A stretch of 57,353 bases of DNA, filler included, from Catajapyx aquilonaris (taxonomy: Eukaryota): assembly GCA_000934665.2 (NCBI GenBank). It is 4 parts of 4 records of this genome, joined end to end, with 100 filler letters (N's around TTAATTAATTAA, not from the genome) between each part and the next. Parts side by side here need not be neighbours in the genome. Positions count along the whole stretch, not along the records: positions 43,051 to 57,353 come from JYFJ02007842.1; 3 more parts are not named here. The stretch is one strand, 5' to 3'. Positions 47,521-57,353 of this stretch are shown here, piece by piece. The notes under the pieces are model-generated. The model had not been told where the DNA came from. It did no database searches and saw only the letters and a program-made list of their open reading frames with translations. The position numbers were made by a program, and so were the translations under genes. Each line of letters begins with the position of its first letter. Position 1 is the stretch's first letter.

Positions 47521-50500
47521 CTAGTTTTGGCCACGCACACATCCTCTGCTTGCATGGCCACCTCCGCATCAGACGTGAATATAGCCTCGTAGTCTTGTAT
47601 AAACAGACTGACGATTCCATTGGCGATTCCTTGGTCCCTCAGACTGGACATGTCCTGACCCAGCCCAAACAGATTGGGTCCAAACAGGATCCCCAAACTC
47701 TCTGCGGTCATCCTGTTGTGCTTCTGGTTCTTCGCCACCAGAGCCAGGAAGCGGGCCAGGAACCTCAAAAGGTTGAAGTTATTCTCAGGCAACTCCTCGA
47801 CCAGTCTCTTCATTCGGCATATGCACTCGTTTTGGTCGTTCTTGTATGCTGGAACCAGAATCATCGCTTTAACCCTACTGCCCTCTAGGACTGACCATTG
47901 CTCCGCTTTTATACTGTTAGGTGATTTACTATGCGACAGACACGCCGCCATGCATAATACAGCGTCTAGTACTATGCTAACATGGGCACCGATGTAAGAC
48001 TTCGTCACGAGTCTGATAGCTGTGGTCAGAGACCCAGAGGTCGTTCATTAACTCGTTAAAATGCAGTCGACACTATGTCGATGATACATGGTGTCAGTTA
48101 GTGTCATAATGAATATGAATGTAATTATACGCTCGAATTTAATTTCTCGTTCGTTATTAGCAGGATGAACGTATAACCCCAAATAATTACATCAACCTAC
48201 AACAACTGCGTAATATGCTATATCACAAAGACAACAGTCTATGCCCTTAATCTCTGCGGGAACTTTTACATGACGTCTCTGATCAGGTACAAGTGCTTCT
48301 GATCCTTACCGGTACAACATTGAGTAATAGGAAAATCCAGAAAAAAAAATACACACACAAAGAGATAGGACAGGAGGAAGTTGCGTCCACTTACCCTGAT
48401 GAACTTCCAGAAATCTTCGTTGAAGCTCCGGCGGTATTGAAGGTTGGGGCAATTCTCGTAGAAAAAGTTTGAGTAGATTGGCCGACGCCGCCACGTCGCC
48501 AGTGCCCTCCAGTTCGGCGTCGCCATGCTCGTCGAAAGAGGCGTACAGTCGCTCGACCACTTTCTGGTTGGCACTTAGACGAAACAGTCCCTCGCAGTGT
48601 ATTCCTGTGAAACCACAAATTCCGTGTGTGTTTTTTTTTCGCTCTTTTTTTATTTATTTTTTACTGTCGTCCAATATAATAATCTCCATTCATACAGCAG
48701 TTGCGACAATGTGGTTTAACAATATCATCCTGTAATAAAAAACCGCATGTGGGAAGGTAGAAGGTTCCATATGTTGTAAAAGTTCGGACATGATGACATA
48801 TCAGGGTATTTCTCAGGGAAATTCTCGTAAATAACTATTGGGTTTTATCGCGAGGTGATATCTAAGATTGGGAAATCAGTTTTTCTGGGCCGATCCCAAC
48901 AATAACATGGTCTCACAATGCCCTTCGTTGCTGGAGGAGGAAACCTACTCGAAATAAACTCAGTTTTATCTACCACGATATTGTAGGCGATTGCGGGAAG
49001 TCATTGCTTAATCCAGGGTCCGATCGTAACAGATAAAACGTGTACTTAACAGTCTATATTCGCTTATAGAAAACCACAAGTTTCAAGATTAGTCTGTGAC
49101 ACTGATCACAAACAGATTCTAACTTAAGTGTAAGGTGAAGTGGGGATATTCCATATACGTGGGATGTGTAATATTTAATTACATCAAATTAATAATATTT
49201 TCGTAATATTCCTTCACAAAATGAATTTTTTTGGGCGTACCGTACGTGACACTCCACAGCGTCACTGTTCCTAATCCGACGACTGCTGAATTCAGCAAAC
49301 ACCAAGTGACGTCAGAACGTCGTCCGTTACTTAATTGAGCCAAATGTCATCAAGTCGGCGGTAGTTTTGAATTTCATGAGATTACGCAACGTTCGTCACC
49401 TGACTTGAAAAGAGTCAAGCCGGACGAGTCTGGATGCGCATACGCAGTTAGCAATTATTAGCATGCTTTTTCGCAAGTGATGTTTAATGCATTGATTGAG
49501 GTTCTTACAAACTGGAAGTTCCGACCATGACCTTAGAACTCCTTGGGGGCAGAGGAAACTGGTTTTCCCAGATAGAAAACCACCAGTTCAGAATAATTTG
49601 AGGGGAGCATCTGATCAAATAAATTGTCTATTGTCACGATGTCGTCACTTTTCCAGTAACCAACAACAACAAGTTCAGTCAACTATTGGGAGCCAATCAG
49701 GTCAAGGTTCGAACTAACTGCAGTTCAAGTATCAATATTATTCGATACCAGAGAGGCACTATAACAAACATTGGTGTCACATTTCTTTCCGAAACTGTAG
49801 CTTATCCGGAAGCTATCTTTTTTCCGACTAGACATAGTACATTGTTTAGTCTACAACACTATTCGATCATCTGGTCTGTCTAGCGGAAGTCATTTATTTA
49901 CACACACAAAAAACCAATTTAAAAGGGTGGTTTCGAGAGCATGACGCTTTTGGGACTTTCCGTGTTAAAGATGGGAGGACTTTTAACAGTAGTTTTGCGG
50001 TTTCCGTGTGATAGAAAGCGTTTCGTTTTCTACTTGGGATTTGATGCGAGCCCCATGTGGGCGAATTTCCCGTGACGCCAAATCCTGGTTTTTCAATAAG
50101 GTGAAAATCGGTTTTATCCCCCACACACTTTTCTGCACATTTATAATTAACTTTAACCCAGATAACCTAATGGATGGGTTCGTGGCGTGATCTGGAACTT
50201 GGAAAGGACTCGAAGTCTATAGGGGTCGGAAATCTTACCCCCGGCGGTCATAGGCACCAGATTGGAGTATAATATTCTAGGAAAAATGCTGGGAGTCCAC
50301 GACGCATTGATCTGATTTCAGCGAAAATTATATTTCGATCATATCATGTCGCATATGTTACACTGGGGAATACCCACTTCTTACTAACAAGTAAGTCAAN
50401 AAAAGGGCCTCTTGTTTACCCTCTATTTTCTAAGGTAATACATGCAAAATTTACCTTAGAATCAATTTACCCAAGAATATTTACCCTAAAATGTAAGGTA

Positions 50501-53500
50501 AAAAATGGCCATTTTCTTACCCTCTCTAGAGAAGGTAAATGGTTAAGAGTGTACTATTTATTCGATTGTGCCATTGACATATTTTATTGTGATTTTCTTT
50601 GCTTTTCATTCGTACTGTGTTTCATCAATTACCCTGTCAACCCGAGAACATATGGAGTAAATAAGAAGTCTTTGCTTTACAAATCAATAGGCTGTCAGTA
50701 TATAGATGGTTTTACAATCCATATTCACCGAAAGTTTAGAAACACTTAACTATTATTTACTAACCCTCATAGTATCAAAATGGGCTAACCGCATGCGATA
50801 TGGTAGCTCAGTTGACAAACCTTCTCTGTTCATATCGAAGGTCCTGAACATAACAATAACAAGAGTCTGACTTTCATATTCATGGCCGGCAATCAGGCGA
50901 TAGGACCATGTTATTCATTACAGAACTGATTTCCACGCCGGAAGGGCCCGGAAACTAAATACCTTACAGGCCGCTGTAGCGTTATGGTTACGGGTAGTTG
51001 AACTTGCTCGACTCCTACGCAGCAATTCATATTGATTTAACTTTAAACATGGCGACCAACAAAGTTGCAATAAGTGCAGTACGACCTTGTCCTCCGATCA
51101 AAAGGGTTGGTAGCCAATCACATCCTCATCTAAGATGCGACACAATCTGTGTTAATCTGATTCAACAGGCGCCATGATTTGTCCTGGAGATGAGGCAACA
51201 TCGTTGAAAATTCAACAAAGCTTTTGTAAAATTGTCATTGAATATTCGGTACACCCTAGGTATTAGTAGGAGTCACGACCTTGTTTCACAAGAGTCGCGG
51301 TAACTATATGTCAGTTTAATATGTAGTTACGTCTCTTTGCCAACTATTTTCTAGGGGTGGATGGACTCAGTAGTCAACTCCAATCGTAGCATTTCTGAGG
51401 TTTAAGCCAAGAAGGCAAGAATAAAAGTAATGAGCAGTTAAGAGGTATTTCTGTCAAACTGGTCCAGAATGCATGGTTCGCTTATTTATGCTGTGGCCCA
51501 CTAAATGTGCTGAGCAAACGGAATATTTCTTAGTGTCATGGCCGGTCATGAAAAAGGCCGTTCAAATAGGTCCCCAGCATTGATATTATCATCAGACCAT
51601 GGGCGCGTCGACATCTGAGGCTATCACAATATTATTTCTATTGTTGAATTTAAATTCACAATCATGTTGGAGTACACTCTTGTCAGATTTGTCAAGTGTC
51701 CGGTCACCTCTGCTGACCTGCAAGGTCTGTGTTTTTCCGCTATGAATCAGTCAAGTATTGACGTACGAAGCCTTTTCCGGTCCGAAGAACATCTTGATGG
51801 ACACCTGATCTGTCCGGCTTCACCTCTACTAATCGTTAAAGCAGGTCGCTGATGATAATATTATAGTCGTGTAGCCTATCGAGTCTATCGCTAGAATCGT
51901 GACGCAAGTGTCACACAGGATGTTATGATCATTGATTACCATAACTATATCGTGTCAAGCCTTGTCAGCCACATATGAGAAAGATAGTCGTGATGACAAG
52001 TTTTGCTGACCAGCATTTCAATCGTTTTCTATGAACCAATTATGCGCGCCAATTCAACACTTACGTGGCCTGCAATGTGGTTGCCGGGTTATTGTTTCTG
52101 GTTAGTGATTCCGGCCGGGGCTTTTCATTGACAAGGGAAGTGCGCACGTAACCACAATTTGTACGCCGGTACATGTGTCCTCATGCAGAGGGTACGGACA
52201 CACCCATAAGACATGAGGACAATGAGGTCACTCCGGAAATTCAAATTAGCCGACATAGGTTCAATAATTTTTCTTATCCTTTGTATACAGTCACACATAC
52301 TCACATTTGCTCGAAACAAATCCAACTTACGGGTATTACACAGAGACAACACTTGAATGGACGAGGATTGGGTTGGCGCTGGCGTGGAAGTAGCTGTGTC
52401 GCTGATAACATATTTTTTTATTTGTTATTTATTTTTCTTTTTAAAGCAACAATAAGGTTGTTGATCAGCAGCTTTTCTTCTATTCTTGCGTCTTCGTAGT
52501 TTATCTGGCTCAAAAAATTGCTGCCTTAGAAAAAAAAAATTGGAGGCCAGATTGGGACAATAATTTCAATTTATTCCAATTCGGGTACATGTCGCATTTT
52601 TTTATCAAGTCTGTATATATTTTTTTTGCCACGCAATCCCCATTCCATCCTTTTTGTGGCACAAAAAAGCCATCATGATCCTCACCATTCTTCTCGATGT
52701 AGTTGCAAAGACGTGACACAACGATGGGCACTCCATCGGTGCTTCCATGGGCCACTGCACGGCTGACCAGCACGTCCAATGAAACCCCAAAGGTCCGGTT
52801 CTGCAAATCCGGTCCATTGTTCCCTGGCCCCTGTAGGTTGGACCCAGAAGTGGAGGACCCAGCGCCAATGGCCTCGTTGCTGTTGACGCTGGTTCCTCCA
52901 GTCTTCTTGCCCAACGGACTCAGGAGCAGTCGTTTCACTCGACCCAGCGTCGTGGTATCTCCGCTGGGCGTGGTTGACTGTCACATGCAGGTCAGAAGGT
53001 GGGTCATTCATCTTGTTGCAATGTTTGCAATTCTACTCGTCTGGGATATGTTATACGTACAGGCGCACAAAATTTTTTATTGTGTATAAAATTTATTTTT
53101 AAAAATCAAAATAAATGTCAATCCAAATGTCGTGACTTTATGTGGTCCTGTCTATGTTGGCATAAGGAAAAATGTGATTTTCCTCATCTATATATATATA
53201 TATATATATATTAGGTATCTGGTGAACTACTAGAAATGCAATATTGCCTTATACTTATCAATCCATTATCCAAATTATTTGCTTTTCAGGTTGTTGTCAT
53301 CTTTGAATCAGTTATCGTTGTGGTTAAACAATAATTCAAGAAGTGGTTCATTTACCTGGGCTTGTGAAAACATGGGGTGGTTTGATAAGCCGAAATGATC
53401 ATTACCATTAATTTCAAGGAGGTTGGGCTAAGCAAACAGGGCCTGGGCTCTCCCATCGACTCGTCTCTTAATTAAGCTCCCTCAGGATATAATGAAGAAA

Positions 53501-53976
53501 AAAAGGCAGGCCCCTCTAGGGAACTTGTTCCAGGCAACCTTCCTTTGCTCCAAAGTGTTCTACGTAATTAACATATCCACAACTCGGTTAATATTAAGCT
53601 TGGAGCATAATTTCTAGGTTAAAAATTCGGCGTGGTCATTATGCAAACTTTCCTGCATTGTTGCGTAACTGTCCTATAATTCTAAGCCCCGTCAGTTGAC
53701 AAAAATCAGTCAATGTCAATCAATGTCGGGTATAGGATTAAGGCGGTCGTTACTTCACACAAGGAAATTCTCGCAAATTCATTCTGGTAATGAGTGCAAT
53801 AAATTTGAAGAGTACCGCTTGCCTGCTGACGGGTGAAGATTACGCGATTGCCATGCCTAATAATTTTCGATTCATCATTCACGTGCAAAGTGTGCAGTAA
53901 TATTACTCACCTGAGTATATCCGCTGATGCTATCTTCTTCGATTCGTATATCTGCACAAAACGCTGGTTTGCGCAT
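47521..53976 (-). CDS. FAM13: RhoGAP-domain protein, FAM13A/B-like; first four coding exons, 3' incomplete
   Basis: Exons 53911-53976 (MRKPAF...), 52686-52977 (TFGVSLDVL...GVPIVVSRLCNYIEKNG), 48395-48604 (CEGLFRLSANQKVVERL...GDVAASANLLKLFLRELPQP) and 47521-47848 (LPENNFNLLRFL...NRMTAESLGILFGPNLF) splice in frame with an intact arginine finger. A further small exon near 46393-46440 is possible. The RhoGAP call is strong; FAM13 orthology is moderate. Confidence 0.82.
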
Positions 53977-56900
53977 CCTTATGAACATAACTTGGCTTCT
54001 GTCAATTCTTCTTGTGGCTCCCGTTCAACCAACCTACCTGAAATGAATGATGACAAAGGTATTGTTAGTTAGCCATACTACGAGTATTCTTGGTGAACCC
54101 TGTAAAGGCCTCCAGGCTTATCTGAAATACTGCACAACTAACTTTGAACATTTATAAAAATAATATTACTCCAGGAGTAAAAGTAGGTCCACATATTTTC
54201 ATCATATAGGAAAAGTAGTGACGGGGCACTGAAACAACTTGATCATAATTTTTCGCTACATTTTCCGCAAATATTGCACCAAGCAATTGAAAATAAACAG
54301 TAACCATTGTTTGACCACTGATGTCGATCAGAGAAACCAGTCTGACACATGCGGATAAGATAAACCATCTTACACAATCTGTGCACACACACGAGCATAA
54401 AAAATGGCAATATAAACAGTTGAACTGGTTATATCCAACTATAGCTATATGTGTGGTTTATACAGTGCTGAAGCGTCAAGGCCACAGGCTACAGATATTG
54501 CCAAATATCTTTTAGCGTGGTACAAATTCCGATATGCAAATTCACACTCTCAAATTACATATTTTCCACATTCACAAAGGCAAATTGAAGGATCGCAATT
54601 GGTCGCACTTGTTTACTAGTTCTGAACGGAAGTGGTATTTCCGCATGATGTTCATTTCCTATTTTTTTTCTTAACTATTCCTTCCCTTATAATTATCTAT
54701 CTACTCCGTTTTGAGTATATAGAAGCGGCCTTGGCAAGGTTGTTCCTCGCTGACTTGTGGATTATAAATAGTCATTCATGTCGGCTTGTTACCTGCACGA
54801 GGAAAAGCTAGATTGAAATGACGCCCGATTGTAACACCCTCTGGCGGAACGCTACGGAACTTCCAAATCGTGCGTCGCGGAATTGCATCGACGAACTTGA
54901 CCCAGCACCGTAGAAGGATATAATCTGGTTTCCGATAATGCGGTTAATGAGCGAGGTGTTAATGATGGGGATATTTGGAAACTTCACAAGCTGATTGCCG
55001 CAAAATGACAACAACAATATTTATAGTCCGAATTCATCAGGGATTGTGCTGTCTGAATACTTTTTTGGTGTAGAGCTAAGTTAGCCCACAAATTATAGTT
55101 AATTCAGAAAATAATTACATAATGAATATATCAGCTTCCAAGAACTGCTTATAGTGCTGCAAACTACTAATTGAATATATAATATTTCAATTGGTGTTTC
55201 AATGCGTAATGCAACCGGTTACTTACATAATGCTGTGCACATAAGCTATCTAAAATCAGATTGAGCGGTACAGTACGTGGCATTTGCACAACAGAACCGA
55301 ACACCTTAGCATTTTAGTGTACACCGGATTTACTGGATTTAATGCATGGAAATATTTGATGGTATTTATTGCTATACCGGAATATTCACTGAATACGCGC
55401 ATTATTAATCGATGCTCTAAAGTCGTTTGCACTCGAGCTTGTTCTACTTCTGTTCACCTCCCGTTATTTTTAACTACCGATAAAAAAGCAGGCAAATTCA
55501 AGCAGAATCAACAGTTGCTACTGCCATATTTAGAATCTTCTAAATATGTAACTCGTTGGCGTCACCGTCCGTGTTTAAGCATTTAAAGTAGTAATTATTG
55601 ACCGTCCATTGGAGCTATATTAGGACTCGTGTTGATGGGCCACACCTATAATATTGCATCGCATGTTCAATTGTTGTTTGTTGAAGAGAGGATGTGCAAT
55701 GATGGAGCCGTCACATTTTAAAGGAGTGTACAGTATAAGGGGGCGGAGGAGTGGTGGTACAGGCATAGAATGAGGTGTCATCTACGTCAAACTATATGCC
55801 AACGGTAATTAGCTATAGTACAAGCCCACAATGGCACATCGTTTGATTGCGTTTCAAATTTCAGCTCTTGGTAACATTATGAACGTAATTAGCCTCGCGT
55901 GGAAATTGATGAACAGTCCACCATGAAGTACATATATAGGATCCTTCTATTGCCTGAATTTAAAAAAGAGCACTCTTTTTGCTGATTTCAAAAGGGCCTA
56001 TCATTCCCTCGTGTGTAATAAACAACAAATAATACATCGCAATTAATGCAAAATTGGATAGATTTTCTGTACATTTCAGTTACGCCTTTTTTCCTATACG
56101 GTACGAATATTAACTTTGGCTACCAATGTACAAGATTTAAGTAAATCTGTGCCTATTCGATGTTTAGTAAATAATCCTAGGTACCATTAATTAATATGTT
56201 CTGTACTCCTTCCGGGTTTATTAATTATTACTATCGGATTATCCAGATCTACTGAATTCAATAGGCAGCCATTGATTAATTCCGGGGATAATCTGGATTA
56301 GTGAAGCGAGTGGGACAGTTGCCTTCAGGTGATTCTAATCTATCTATGAATTATTAATGACAAATTCATGAAGGTATACGGTCAGATGCCATATTTATCG
56401 CTCATCATGAGTCAATGAGAGTCCTGCATGTGTAGACGCTTATCGACTATAGTAGCCTACTAGTATGTAATAGAATATTAAAGGTGAAACGCAATCTTTA
56501 TGGAAACATGAATTCTCTTTTTGAATCACCGAGTTTCTCATATTTGCTCTAAGGACTAGATAAGCTTGTTTCATCACCTACTTTGATATGCTGGGAAATA
56601 TCACGATGGACTATGTAGTAGTCATGCAATTTCTACAGTTTTCCTCAGCGATCCTCCCCCCAACTTTATTTTTTCATGGAATAACAAGTCACATGAATAG
56701 CACTTGAAATAGGATCCGGTTATGTCCAGGACTCAATAAAAGCTAACTTCCTCGTTCCTTTCATACCATAAGTGGACAAAATTGATGAACGGCATCGAAA
56801 AACGTCTGCCAAAATTGCAGGGTGCGAAACTACCCCCTTTTATGTGAGCTCATAAACATTAAATGGGCGTGATAAAAGGATATACTGGAGAGCAGAATTG

Positions 56901-57353
56901 GGATGTAGGTTAAGCTTTTGTGGGTTACAACGATTGGGCATCACATTAAAAAAAATGGAACCTATCATGTCAATAGGCTACTTAGCTCATCCGAGAAAAC
57001 AAAAAATATGATATATAAAATGCTAAGTTTATCGGGGGTCCTCTCAAATACATAATCTTATACGTACATAAGGCAAAGTTTGTCGGTTTGTCCCATTCCC
57101 CAACACTGGTAATTAATTATGTTTACCTGATTCGCTATAATCTGCCCTAGCACAATAGGACATCACTCCCGGTATTACGCTAGGTTAGGTTCGCAACAAT
57201 AAACCAGGAATATCCGCCTTAAACACACGCCATACTTGGATAGGTCACGGAAAACAGCACCAAAGCACTCGCCAAATGACTCACGACACACTTTCTCGAT
57301 TCTACGATACTATAGACACTACATATTTCTTTTTACTATTGGTTCTCTGAAGA

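Noticed and set aside
1..57353. CRISPR arrays, operons or prokaryotic defence systems
   Set aside because: The sequence is intron-containing animal DNA and has no repeat-spacer arrays.
54040..57353. Short ORFs upstream of the FAM13-like gene
   Set aside because: AT-rich non-coding sequence with no domain motifs; likely UTR introns or intergenic DNA.

Overview
Eukaryotic genomic DNA from an arthropod, probably a hexapod (it has a gustatory receptor and an ionotropic receptor). It is not one contiguous locus. Three identical 100-nt spacers (N44-TTAATTAATTAA-N44) split it into four pieces of about 14.3 kb, and genes and elements stop abruptly at the junctions. Piece 1 (1-14249) holds a 5'-incomplete DNA topoisomerase I gene (13 exons, minus strand) with MITE-rich introns showing CpG decay. 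Piece 2 (14350-28604) holds a head-to-head pair of two-exon F-box/LRR genes surrounded by MITEs and a Helitron, then a foldback element and a decayed hAT transposon carrying a tRNA-SINE. Piece 3 (28705-42950) holds a tightly packed minus-strand trio (intronless divergent IR, TBC1D19, gustatory receptor) and a Helentron/Helitron-like remnant with a PIF1 helicase fragment and orphan ORFs. Piece 4 (43051-57353) holds the 5' part of a FAM13-like RhoGAP gene. I found no clear new multi-gene system. The best leads are a fourfold tandem phospho-SUMO (PDSM/CDK) motif array in TOP1, an F-box/LRR exon bracketed by transposon TIRs, and the hairpin-bounded helicase/cargo segment. All homology calls come from visual motif recognition, not database searches.
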